Virus record (IMG/VR): IMGVR_UViG_3300020048_000045
Source: an uncultured virus (IMG/VR IMGVR_UViG_3300020048_000045)
Lineage: Duplodnaviria; Heunggongvirae; Uroviricota; Caudoviricetes
DNA length: 64,000 nucleotides
Reading direction: 5' to 3' (one strand)
Shown here piece after piece: positions 47,869 through 56,547 of the stretch; positions within the stretch are counted from its first letter, which is position 1; each line of letters opens with the position of its first letter. Position numbers and translations under genes: made by a program. Under the pieces are notes generated by a model, which saw nothing but the letters and a program-made list of their open reading frames with translations, did no database searches and had not been told where the DNA came from.

Positions 47869-48083
47869 ACTCTATCAAACTTTTTAAAATGTGATGCTGC
47901 ATTATACATGTCAATAAGATAATTTGTCTTCTCCTGCCAAATTAGATGTACATCTGGCTCTCCGTCAGTCAGCTCTTCCTCTGAAAGAGCTTTCTCGATG
48001 GCAGCATGGAGATCTCCAAGATTCAGATACTGTTTCTTGTAGAACTCCACGTCATCATTATCTAATGTTAATATAAGACTCAT
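47865..48083 (-). CDS. Hypothetical protein
   Basis: 72-aa acidic ORF, coupled to neighbours. Confidence 0.6.
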   Translation of the reverse strand: MSLILTLDNDDVEFYKKQYLNLGDLHAAIEKALSEEELTDGEPDVHLIWQEKTNYLIDMYNAASHFKKFDRV

Positions 48084-48361
48084 TGTTGCTTAGCTTTAAA
48101 TTTCTTTTCAATATGATGCATTGAAATATAGTGCATTGATACAGATCCTATCACTGCAGCAGTGGTGTAAACAACTCCCATTATGACAGTGTTTACATCT
48201 TTCTTAGTGATCTGGTTGATCACCATAAACCATATACCATTACTCAGCACTGATGCCAGAGCATGGAACATAATGCTGTTGCTGTTCCTTGCCCTGCTCA
48301 CCAATGTGAATGATGCATTTTGCAATATGGTTGACAGAAATAATAAGATATAATCACTCAT
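48080..48361 (-). CDS. Small membrane protein (about 3 TM helices)
   Basis: Three hydrophobic segments in 93 aa. Confidence 0.6.
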   Translation of the reverse strand: MSDYILLFLSTILQNASFTLVSRARNSNSIMFHALASVLSNGIWFMVINQITKKDVNTVIMGVVYTTAAVIGSVSMHYISMHHIEKKFKAKQQ

Positions 48362-48363
48362 GA

Positions 48364-49449
48364 TTAGTACTCGCTGTCCCCTGTATTTTGCACTGTTCCT
48401 GTTTCTTCGGGTTCAGGTATATCGTCTTCGACTGGAAGGTTGTCTGTCTGCTGGATTTTGTTGACGATGTCTTGTTTGATCTCGTCATAAAATTCAGGAT
48501 TGTCCTGAAGAAGTGCCCTAAAGTCTTGAATATCATACTTTTGATCTTTATAGGTTATTGTTTTACCATACTTTTTCAATATTTCAAACTCGTCACCAAG
48601 TTCTAAAATTTCTGCTATTTTATCAATACCTTTCCCATAGACAATCTCAAATTGAGAAGTCCTATAAGGAGGAGACATTTTATTCTTGGTAGATTTTATC
48701 TTGGTGATATTACCATAAGTGACATCACCTTCCTTGGCAAGACTCTTTGATACTTCCACCCTGACATCAGAATAGAATTTCAAAGCATGCCCTCCCTGAG
48801 TTGTGGTAGGGTTGCCAAACATCACGCCAATCTTTTCTCTATACTGGGAAATGACAATAACACATGTTTTATTCTGGACCAATGCATTCTTCAATCGTGG
48901 ATAAGCATTGCTGTTTAATCTTGCTTTCTTACCAATAGTAGAATCACCCACCTCACCATCGACAATAGCTGCCTTTGGGATTAATGACGAATCTGAATCA
49001 ATAATTACAAGATCTACCTCACCACTCTTGATCATGTCTTCAGCAATTTGAAAACCTTCTTCACCAGAAGCTGGCTGAGCGATTAACATCTTTGTTGTAT
49101 CTACTCCAAGAGCCTGGAAATACTTCTTATCAACAGCATGCTCGCCATCAATATAAACTACTTTTCCTCCCTGAGCTTGACAACTTGCTACTAAATGACC
49201 GCAGATTGTTGATTTTCCTGTGCCTTCCCATCCCATCAATTCATAGAGCTTTCCTCTAACAGCACCACCTACTCCTAAAGTGATATAATCAAAGCCAATG
49301 GATCCTGTGCTAATCACATCATAGTTTCCCTGTGCTTTACTATCCAATGCAAGGATAGTTCCTGCTCCATAGCTCTTGTTTAATTTCTCCATAGCAAGTT
49401 CAAACTTGCTCTTTCCTCCGTTGTCTACAACTTCCTTTTTCTTTGCCAT
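48364..49449 (-). CDS. recA: Recombinase RecA
   Basis: ISTGSIGFD, GWEGTGKST (Walker A), YIDGEHA, VIIDS, Q.REKIGVMFGNP.TT.GG.ALKFY and KNKMSPP motifs. Confidence 0.95.
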   Translation of the reverse strand: MAKKKEVVDNGGKSKFELAMEKLNKSYGAGTILALDSKAQGNYDVISTGSIGFDYITLGVGGAVRGKLYELMGWEGTGKSTICGHLVASCQAQGGKVVYIDGEHAVDKKYFQALGVDTTKMLIAQPASGEEGFQIAEDMIKSGEVDLVIIDSDSSLIPKAAIVDGEVGDSTIGKKARLNSNAYPRLKNALVQNKTCVIVISQYREKIGVMFGNPTTTQGGHALKFYSDVRVEVSKSLAKEGDVTYGNITKIKSTKNKMSPPYRTSQFEIVYGKGIDKIAEILELGDEFEILKKYGKTITYKDQKYDIQDFRALLQDNPEFYDEIKQDIVNKIQQTDNLPVEDDIPEPEETGTVQNTGDSEY

Positions 49450-49468
49450 ACGTAGTTATTTATACTTT

Positions 49469-49499
49469 CAAATTTAATAATTTTAATCACAACTTCCTA
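49469..49499 (-). promoter_or_regulatory. Bacteroidota-type promoter upstream of recA
   Basis: On the - strand: TAGG, 19 nt, TAAATTTG (49476-49469). Confidence 0.55.
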
Positions 49500-49510
49500 A
49501 TAATTAGGAT

Positions 49511-49536
49511 AGAAAAGCCCCCACTTTCGCAGGGGC
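49511..49536 (-). terminator. Intrinsic terminator after the RNR gene
   Basis: GCCCCTGC-GAAA-GTGGGGGC-TTTTCT on the - strand. Confidence 0.8.
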
Positions 49537-49569
49537 AATTCATCCTCATTGTTATTGGCACTAACAATA

Positions 49570-51441
49570 TTATTCAACAGTGCATGCTCCTCCACTGCAT
49601 GCGACAATTTGACCAAACTCTACGTGGTCATCCATTTCAATAACACTACTAAGATCCATGAGATGCAAACGTGCAATACGTTCCTCATATTCCTCTTTTG
49701 TAATGTCTTCAAAAGGAGCCTGAGCATAATTTCCTCCAAAGAAAGGCAGGACAGCCAGTCCATTGTAATATTCTCTATTCTCCCACATCCATTGTCCTAC
49801 AGAATGCCACTCATGATCTTTCACAGAAATGGTAGCAGAAACATTATGAGTGTTTGGCCCTGTTATATGTCCAGGTTTAATCCATTCTTTACTAAACTTC
49901 TTTACACGATCAAGAGTATGTAAAGGTGGTTCTGTACGAAAAATAGATCCTTCTGGTGCCTTGACAGGAATACGTACACACAATGTATCCTTTGGCCTGA
50001 GCACATCGTCCTCACAGAGTTCTGGATGATAGAGTTGTAGATATAATGCTACTTCTTCATTCTTATTAAACCTCATGGTCCGTAAATAATAAGGAGCATG
50101 CCATGCATGAATGCCACTTGCTGTACCTAATACAAGAGACGTGGTGCCTGATGGCTTGATACAAGTTACACGAGCTGCTTCATTAGTTCCAATTGCTGCT
50201 TCATTAGTTCCAATTAGTTCACTAAAGATTGAATTAGTTACCTTGGCCATATGTGCAGCTACTTCAAGATTAAGTTTGAGGATTTCTCCACTTCCAATGC
50301 CTGTCATTCCTATGCCTAAAAGAGCGTCTTTTTGCGTGGTCTTCTGCCATATTGGACGTAGATAATGGAAGTTGGTAAATCCTGCCTGTAAGGTGCCAAA
50401 GAATGCAGCCACGCCCACTCTCTCGTTCAATTCCTCCTGTGATTCTATGTCAGAAACATTCACTTCGCACAGATTACAGAACTGATAGGGCTCCAAAGCA
50501 ATCTCAGCACATGGGTTGGTTCCTTTGTCAGGATCATTGGTCCAATAGATACCAGGTTCACCTGATCCACTGGCTTCAATTCTCTTCCAAAGGGCTTTGA
50601 ATTCCTCTTCAGAGACTTCTCCACGCACAAGAACAGCACTATTGTTAGCTCTACCACGTTGCTCATTGAGCTCATACCAATTTCCATACTTACAAGTGAT
50701 CATCTCTTCGTCATCATGACTGAACAGAGAGATCATTGCACTCCTACGAATGCCACCAGCAAGAACAGAATTAGCAATATGACACATAATATCATGTACT
50801 TCCAGGGAGGTGAGATGACTGCCAACCTCTTTTCTCTGAAGAATCGCTTCAATATGTGCTAAGCAAATCTTCAAAGGCTCAGGTCCTGGTGCCTTACCAC
50901 CAGCAGTAACCAATCTTGCTCCCTTAGGACGAATAGATCTAAAGTCAAACACAGGCATAAACCCACATTCGAGATAGGCCTTCATCAAAACTTTAACAGC
51001 ATCAGCCCATCCCATGATGCTATCTTCAATTAAGTAGTTACGTTTCTTACCAGGTTCACAGATTGGAGGAAGTTGTGCCACATGTTGCTTCTGCACAGAA
51101 TAACCAACACCAGTACCACCTAATAACAGGAACATAGCTTCTGAGAAACTATATACACTGTCCATAGGAAGATAACAGCAATTGTAAATTCTGGCATTGT
51201 TTACTTCAGCAGCAAGTCCTGCAAACTGAAGAGCTCTCATGGAAGGCAACACTTTCTTTTGTCTGATGTACTTAGAAGAGTCCTTAATGGCATCCTCTAT
51301 CTTTGGGTATTTGTCAACCATCATGTCTACATAACGGTCCACAATCTCATCCCAGGTTTCTCTACGTTTTGATTGGGGAATGTACTTAGCGTACTTGCTG
51401 AAAATTGTCAGCTTAGAAAGGGTGTCTAATCCAAGATCCAT
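49570..51441 (-). CDS. nrdJ: Class II (B12-dependent) ribonucleotide reductase
   Basis: RRETW, LPSMR, YNC, GGTGVG, GGIRRSA, TNPCAEI, FCNL.E, KPSGT and C-terminal CSGGAC motifs. No adjacent beta subunit. Confidence 0.9.
   Translation of the reverse strand: MDLGLDTLSKLTIFSKYAKYIPQSKRRETWDEIVDRYVDMMVDKYPKIEDAIKDSSKYIRQKKVLPSMRALQFAGLAAEVNNARIYNCCYLPMDSVYSFSEAMFLLLGGTGVGYSVQKQHVAQLPPICEPGKKRNYLIEDSIMGWADAVKVLMKAYLECGFMPVFDFRSIRPKGARLVTAGGKAPGPEPLKICLAHIEAILQRKEVGSHLTSLEVHDIMCHIANSVLAGGIRRSAMISLFSHDDEEMITCKYGNWYELNEQRGRANNSAVLVRGEVSEEEFKALWKRIEASGSGEPGIYWTNDPDKGTNPCAEIALEPYQFCNLCEVNVSDIESQEELNERVGVAAFFGTLQAGFTNFHYLRPIWQKTTQKDALLGIGMTGIGSGEILKLNLEVAAHMAKVTNSIFSELIGTNEAAIGTNEAARVTCIKPSGTTSLVLGTASGIHAWHAPYYLRTMRFNKNEEVALYLQLYHPELCEDDVLRPKDTLCVRIPVKAPEGSIFRTEPPLHTLDRVKKFSKEWIKPGHITGPNTHNVSATISVKDHEWHSVGQWMWENREYYNGLAVLPFFGGNYAQAPFEDITKEEYEERIARLHLMDLSSVIEMDDHVEFGQIVACSGGACTVE
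50174..50215. repeat. Exact 21-bp tandem duplication inside nrdJ
   Basis: GCTGCTTCATTAGTTCCAATT twice, encoding IGTNEAA-IGTNEAA. Confidence 0.9.
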
Positions 51442-51470
51442 ATTGATTTTTAGTTTTAAAAGTGAAAGTG

Positions 51471-51501
51471 AAAGGGTAGTAAAATTACTCTACTACCCTT
51501 T
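51471..51501 (-). promoter_or_regulatory. Inverted repeat upstream of nrdJ (terminator and/or promoter-overlapping hairpin)
   Basis: AAAGGGTAGTAGA-GTAAT-TTTACTACCCTTT on the - strand; contains TAATTTTA, a -7-like element. Confidence 0.55.
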
Positions 51502-51529
51502 AATAAACAACAAAAAATGAAAATATTAT

Positions 51530-51988
51530 CTAACTAATTTTGTTAGCCTTTTCAGTTTCTTCACTAAAATCGTTATGGTTTGGAACATCCTGTAACTTAC
51601 TGTAACCCTTATCTTTAAGAGTTTGCATAAGCTTCTGGATGTAGTTCACACCATCCATTAGTTCCTCCTGAAGATGATTAAGAAAGTCATCTGTGTTGTT
51701 CTCATCAAGAGTAGTGTTATACTTCTCGATTCCTACAGCACTTCGTCTTTCAATCTTGTTCACCACCTCTAAGATTATAGGATCAACCCTAAGATCTTTA
51801 CATAGCTCAGCATGCTTGTTGAGCCACCAATCTCTCTCAAAATCTTCCTCAGAGAAATCCTCAAGTCCTTCATTAAGATGCTCTACGTAAAGCAGCTCAT
51901 GTCGTTTTGCCATTATCTCAGCAAATACTGCCATCTTATTGATACCAAACTCTGCTTCTAGTCTTGTAAATATTTCTTCATTATACAT
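51530..51988 (-). CDS. Hypothetical protein with C-terminal all-alpha NTP-pyrophosphatase-like motif
   Basis: Likely start MYNEE. RSAVGIEKY.TTL...HLQEELMDG.NY resembles MazG-like phage nucleotide pyrophosphohydrolases. Confidence 0.5.
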   Translation of the reverse strand: MYNEEIFTRLEAEFGINKMAVFAEIMAKRHELLYVEHLNEGLEDFSEEDFERDWWLNKHAELCKDLRVDPIILEVVNKIERRSAVGIEKYNTTLDENNTDDFLNHLQEELMDGVNYIQKLMQTLKDKGYSKLQDVPNHNDFSEETEKANKIS

Positions 51989-52532
51989 GTTCTTTAATTT
52001 TATCAAGGTCTAACGTTTCTTTATCTTCCATGAACATATGCCAAACTTCCATATTCTTATCGAAGATCACTCCTAATTTATCTTCCCAATAAGAGATCAT
52101 ATCCTGGGTCTTATTGAAGATTTTAAATTGCAAAGATCTTTCCTCTCTACTAAGACCACTCTTTACAAATGTAATCTTTTCAGGGAATAACTTCTGAAAG
52201 GTTGGTGAAGTCTTGGAATATCTACCCATTCTAATTAATTCAAAATCTGGCTTAAGTTCTGGATCCAATTTATAAACCACCACAACATAGCCATCCTCAT
52301 AATCGTAATCATCTATAACAGATTTTGTACGATCATACTCGCTGTCCAGAAAATTTCTAAACTTATCAAGGTTTCTAGGTCGAAACAGTACATATACAGA
52401 ATCTTCATACTGTACATCTCTCTTTACATCCTTGCTATAACCATTGATAAATCCATTACTCTTCAAGGCTTCCTTGGGAATCTTGAGAGTTGGCACCATA
52501 AATATACTAGTTACTGTCTTTTTTATATCCAT
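51981..52532 (-). CDS. Hypothetical protein
   Basis: 183-aa ORF in the replication block. Confidence 0.65.
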   Translation of the reverse strand: MDIKKTVTSIFMVPTLKIPKEALKSNGFINGYSKDVKRDVQYEDSVYVLFRPRNLDKFRNFLDSEYDRTKSVIDDYDYEDGYVVVVYKLDPELKPDFELIRMGRYSKTSPTFQKLFPEKITFVKSGLSREERSLQFKIFNKTQDMISYWEDKLGVIFDKNMEVWHMFMEDKETLDLDKIKEHV

Positions 52533-52614
52533 CTATTCCATATTATATAACGCATTTAACAATTCTATACTTCCTGGACCTACGTCATTTGGTTCCTTGT
52601 GAGCAGTTCTTCTT

Positions 52615-53676
52615 TCATCCTTTAATGTTTACAACACCACCTTTAAGATAATTCTTCCTGGACATGTTCCATACATTATTGTCAAGGGCCCACTGCAGAT
52701 CTTCAATCAGTTCCTGTACACCAACATAGGTTCTTCCTTTGTGCTCAAATCCAAGAAGAGCATCAGCCAAATCTTCTACTGTTAGTGTATAAACAAGAGG
52801 ATTGAAATAGTTGGTGCTGTCACACACTATGAATTGTGGTGGCAACACTGTATATCCTACAAGTTCCTCGTTCTGCCAGCCTGGCTTAGTGAGCTCTTGT
52901 GCAGCACGATAATACAGATAGGCCTGAATATAAGCTCTCCTGTAAAGATAATACTCTTCATAGAAATTTTCAACAGCCCAGACACATTTAAGATCATACA
53001 CCTGGATTGTTTTCTCTTCATGATCAATAATTATCTTATCCATCATGCTCTTGAACATGTGGCCACCTACCTTATAACCTTCCACTTGATACTGGTTTCT
53101 AACAGAATAACGAGGACTATTAATAAGGTTTACTATACCCTTGGTTACAGGATTAGTCTTGAGCTCATTAACAATCTTCTCTGCATTAGAAACATCCTGC
53201 AGAGTTACAACAGATAGATTGTTCGCTCTCACCTTTCGAATCTCCTGATAATAGATTTCAGCATCAGTTCCTATGAACTTGCCCATAACGGCTTCATACT
53301 TGATCTTATATCCACTCTCAAGATAGGCATCCCTACTGATGTCCTCAAATGATCTGGTTATCTGACCTTCTTCATTTGTAGCATCTTTTGAATACTTATA
53401 AAGAGCTTCTACAAAATTCAGCATATTCGCTGTTGGTGACTCTGCACACGCTGACATATAGAATCTACTATCAAACAGTTCAGGCTCCATTAACAATGTC
53501 TCTACAATCCTACCCATAAGAGCAGCCTGTGTATCCTTGTCTTCTACATCTTCATTAAGAATGTACTTCTTGAAATACTTCTTTCTATCCAGGGAAAAGT
53601 CTTTCAAGGAACTATAGCTATCCAGGTAAATTGCCCGATAGTTTGCTTCTGTTTTTGATACTCCTCCAATTGCCAT
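52615..53676 (-). CDS. PD-(D/E)xK exonuclease (RecE/ExoVIII- or Cas4-like)
   Basis: SYSSLKDF, GR.VE.LL.EP, KSMMDKI.ID...YDLK and Y.QAYLY motifs. Confidence 0.75.
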   Translation of the reverse strand: MAIGGVSKTEANYRAIYLDSYSSLKDFSLDRKKYFKKYILNEDVEDKDTQAALMGRIVETLLMEPELFDSRFYMSACAESPTANMLNFVEALYKYSKDATNEEGQITRSFEDISRDAYLESGYKIKYEAVMGKFIGTDAEIYYQEIRKVRANNLSVVTLQDVSNAEKIVNELKTNPVTKGIVNLINSPRYSVRNQYQVEGYKVGGHMFKSMMDKIIIDHEEKTIQVYDLKCVWAVENFYEEYYLYRRAYIQAYLYYRAAQELTKPGWQNEELVGYTVLPPQFIVCDSTNYFNPLVYTLTVEDLADALLGFEHKGRTYVGVQELIEDLQWALDNNVWNMSRKNYLKGGVVNIKG

Positions 53677-53677
53677 G

Positions 53678-53830
53678 TTACGTTTGTTTTAAAATTTTAC
53701 AAATAATGTAGTGGATCCCAGCTTTATAATGAGCAGCAAACATCTCAGCTTGCTCATAACTATCGAGAGGAACAGAGTCTTGTACCCAATCCTCTCCCTC
53801 AAGAATAAATACCATGTATTGTTCTTTCAT
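53678..53830 (-). CDS. 50-aa hypothetical protein (not in the ORF track)
   Basis: Reads MKEQYMVFILEGEDWVQDSVPLDSYEQAEMFAAHYKAGIHYIICKILKQT and fills the intergenic gap. Confidence 0.55.
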   Translation of the reverse strand: MKEQYMVFILEGEDWVQDSVPLDSYEQAEMFAAHYKAGIHYIICKILKQT

Positions 53831-53834
53831 AGCT

Positions 53835-54095
53835 TCAATTTAAAGGTGCTTTGTTTTTACTCATCTTATAGGCTTCAATGATCTTTGGATACATTGCCCT
53901 AACTATCATGGGCACTCTTTTAAAGAACCATCTCACCTCACATTCATATTCTCTTCCATCCTCATCTTCTCCCTGAGGATCGATGAGCCAGAATTCATAC
54001 TCTTTGTCTTCATAGAAGACACTGCCCTTGGTCCAAACCTCCGTAAACGAAGGCCTGGCATCAATAGCAATTTTCATTATCTCACCATTCATCAT
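53835..54095 (-). CDS. Hypothetical protein
   Basis: 86-aa coupled ORF. Confidence 0.6.
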   Translation of the reverse strand: MMNGEIMKIAIDARPSFTEVWTKGSVFYEDKEYEFWLIDPQGEDEDGREYECEVRWFFKRVPMIVRAMYPKIIEAYKMSKNKAPLN

Positions 54096-54352
54096 GTCTC
54101 ATCAACATTAGGAATCCATTCAAATCCCCACAGCCAGTAGCCATCACCACTGGGAGTGTATTTTCCATCCATCCACTTCTTGGTCTTTCTCTTGCTGACA
54201 AGTTCATCTGGTGTGAGTGTCATTACATCATCACCAAACCAAATGTCCATGGATTGGTTGTTCTTAATGCACTCTTCACACTCAGCTTCTCTTACTTCAG
54301 CAAGACCATTCCAGTTGTTCAGCTTCTTGATTCTGTACTTAAAGTTTTTCAT
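54092..54352 (-). CDS. Hypothetical protein
   Basis: 86-aa coupled ORF. Confidence 0.6.
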   Translation of the reverse strand: MKNFKYRIKKLNNWNGLAEVREAECEECIKNNQSMDIWFGDDVMTLTPDELVSKRKTKKWMDGKYTPSGDGYWLWGFEWIPNVDET

Positions 54353-54780
54353 ATTTTCAACAGTTTACATATATAACGAAACTCGTTAATGGATTTGCAT
54401 TCACCTTTGTAAAGATTCCAGTCTTCTATAGGATTCACTTCATAAATCTGAATAGTGTAGTCATGATGATTAAAGACCATTCCTACCCAATTGGATTTTT
54501 TGAAGTTGACACCATCTTCTTCTGCATCTATTCCATTAGGTAGCCATCCTTCAGCCAGGATCTGTTCTTTGGTGAGATAGGGAGTTCTGACTTCTGCATA
54601 TCCATCATCAACAGCGTTGACAATATCAGAGATTTCATTAGTATAAGCTCCTTCTCTATCCTGAACTTTGATAGTAAAAGGTACAAAGTTATCTTCATAA
54701 GCTCTGTTCCAGTTAATCTCTCCCTCATATCCAATCCTAAGATCCTCTATATCAGGAACAAAATATTCATTGTTTTTCAT
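54349..54780 (-). CDS. Hypothetical protein
   Basis: Likely start MKNNEYF at 54780, which avoids a long overlap with the HNH gene. Confidence 0.6.
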   Translation of the reverse strand: MKNNEYFVPDIEDLRIGYEGEINWNRAYEDNFVPFTIKVQDREGAYTNEISDIVNAVDDGYAEVRTPYLTKEQILAEGWLPNGIDAEEDGVNFKKSNWVGMVFNHHDYTIQIYEVNPIEDWNLYKGECKSINEFRYICKLLKI

Positions 54781-55144
54781 TTTGTGTTTTAATATTGTGA
54801 CACGATTCACACAAACATTGTAATCCATCCACTTCACAGAACAGTCTTTCAACAAATCCTGGAAGGTCAGCAGCACATGTCAGAGTTCCTGCAGGCGTAA
54901 TATGATCAACATTTACTTTCTTTTCAGGGAACCATCTTTTACAATGGTTACACTGATATTCAAATTTCTGTCTCTTATTTACTCCTGTGTAAGGTCTCCT
55001 GGCATTCGCTTTAGCAATAGATATAGGCTTCCACCATCTACTCTTTTGTCTGAGTGCACTTCTGATGAAACTCCAAAAGGCACTTTCTGTCATGGTTCCA
55101 TTGCATCTGGGTTTTACTTTTATAATTCTTTTCTTCTTAGCCAT
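54767..55144 (-). CDS. HNH endonuclease
   Basis: YQCNHC...VNVDHITP...LQCLCESCHNIKT. Confidence 0.85.
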   Translation of the reverse strand: MAKKKRIIKVKPRCNGTMTESAFWSFIRSALRQKSRWWKPISIAKANARRPYTGVNKRQKFEYQCNHCKRWFPEKKVNVDHITPAGTLTCAADLPGFVERLFCEVDGLQCLCESCHNIKTQNEKQ

Positions 55145-55157
55145 AAATAATTAAATT

Positions 55158-55198
55158 GGTCCTCTCACAAATATAGTAAACATTTGTGAAAGGACCTA
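55158..55198 (-). promoter_or_regulatory. Hairpin containing a Bacteroidota-type promoter
   Basis: 15-bp stem GGTCCTTTCACAAAT/ATTTGTGAGAGGACC (one U-G pair) overlapping TAGG-N19-TATATTTG (55175-55168). Confidence 0.6.
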
Positions 55199-55206
55199 TT
55201 TATAAC

Positions 55207-56529
55207 CTACTGAATTACAGATACTCTATTAGCAATAGCCTTGTGCATCTCCTCAAGAACATCCACAATGGAGCCAAGTTCTGTTGCAGACAGTTTTGGT
55301 AATTGGAATGTATGACGCTGCACCTCTTCAGCAAAGCTTGTCTGAACATGGAATGTCAAATCTTTAAGAGACTTCTCTTCAAAGATATCTCCCAGGTCAG
55401 ATACATCAAATGCATCATCATCCAGAATATACTTTTCATCCTCAGGAAGAGTCATTGCAAAGAACCATCTGCAAGTCCTAAGCTTGCCAACTTCACCTTG
55501 TGGAACAGCTAACACATCCATAGGATTAATGATCATCAGAATTGGCGTATCACCAAATCCTGAATAATCATAAGCCTTACTGGCAGCATGAAATCCCTTA
55601 CTGCAGTTTATAGTGTTATCATCATCACCATAGTGTCTTGGCATGCTGGCTATCTCACCAACTCTGTAATCAAACTTTCCTGTATGAGCATCAGTATAAC
55701 TGTTGCCTTTCATGTTAGGAAGATTAAGATAGAGATCTTTCAGGATTCCCAGTCCTTTATAGTAACCTTCTCCAGCATAATTATAGAATTCATACTCTCC
55801 TGTATCCTTATACTTATCAATGATAAAGTTGGCAGGATTCTTCTTCCAGACAGCCTTGATCTTGTTATAAGTGTTAGAAACAAACTCGACAAACTTCTTG
55901 TCAACTTCATTATTCTTGCTGACCACTCTCCTGTAAGCATAGAAATTACCATGCTTATCAATCTTGAATTGGTGATGAGACAAGAATGTATAAAGATCCT
56001 CTGCACTCTGTGCATTTGGATTGAGACAACATTTCAGCCAGAACTTCTTCAGGTGATCATAGCTCTCTTCCTGCTCAGCAAGTCTTCCAAATTCCTTCAG
56101 AAGAAGCTCAGGAACGCTTCTATTAATCCCTTTAAGATAGATAGAGTCATCCTTTGATTCGAATTCTCCAGATTCAACCAGCTTTAAGACCCCAGCATCG
56201 ATCCCTCTTTTCTCTTCTATCTCTTTCCTATTACTGTCTATAATGGGAGCAGAGACAATCCCAAACAACTCCTTCTCAGAAGTAGCATTCCTTGCTGATG
56301 TAAAGTCATCCATTGTAGCCCCTTGCTTTGTAACCAAGGATCCATCCTCAAATACAATAGTCAGCACATCGTTCACCAGCTTGATCTTTTTATAGACCTT
56401 TCTTGGTGCAATGGTTTCAGTGTGGATGGCATCTAACAGCACATCCACTTTCTTCTCAATCTTTTCTACCTCTTGCTTAAGATTCAATTCCTTGTTAGAC
56501 TTGAACCAGTTCAAACTAAATAAACCCAT
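55207..56529 (-). CDS. rIIB: rIIB-like protein
   Basis: FW..C.LNP.....DLY.FL, GNFYAYR.V, MPR...DDD....CSKGFH and INPMDV.AVP...KLRTC motifs; directly downstream of rIIA. Confidence 0.8.
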   Translation of the reverse strand: MGLFSLNWFKSNKELNLKQEVEKIEKKVDVLLDAIHTETIAPRKVYKKIKLVNDVLTIVFEDGSLVTKQGATMDDFTSARNATSEKELFGIVSAPIIDSNRKEIEEKRGIDAGVLKLVESGEFESKDDSIYLKGINRSVPELLLKEFGRLAEQEESYDHLKKFWLKCCLNPNAQSAEDLYTFLSHHQFKIDKHGNFYAYRRVVSKNNEVDKKFVEFVSNTYNKIKAVWKKNPANFIIDKYKDTGEYEFYNYAGEGYYKGLGILKDLYLNLPNMKGNSYTDAHTGKFDYRVGEIASMPRHYGDDDNTINCSKGFHAASKAYDYSGFGDTPILMIINPMDVLAVPQGEVGKLRTCRWFFAMTLPEDEKYILDDDAFDVSDLGDIFEEKSLKDLTFHVQTSFAEEVQRHTFQLPKLSATELGSIVDVLEEMHKAIANRVSVIQ

Positions 56530-56547
56530 AACTTTTTTGTTTTAAAA

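Noticed and set aside
52615..53676. Cas4-like nuclease as evidence of a CRISPR system
   Set aside because: It is a standalone phage PD-(D/E)xK exonuclease in a replication context, with no Fe-S Cys cluster, array or other cas genes.
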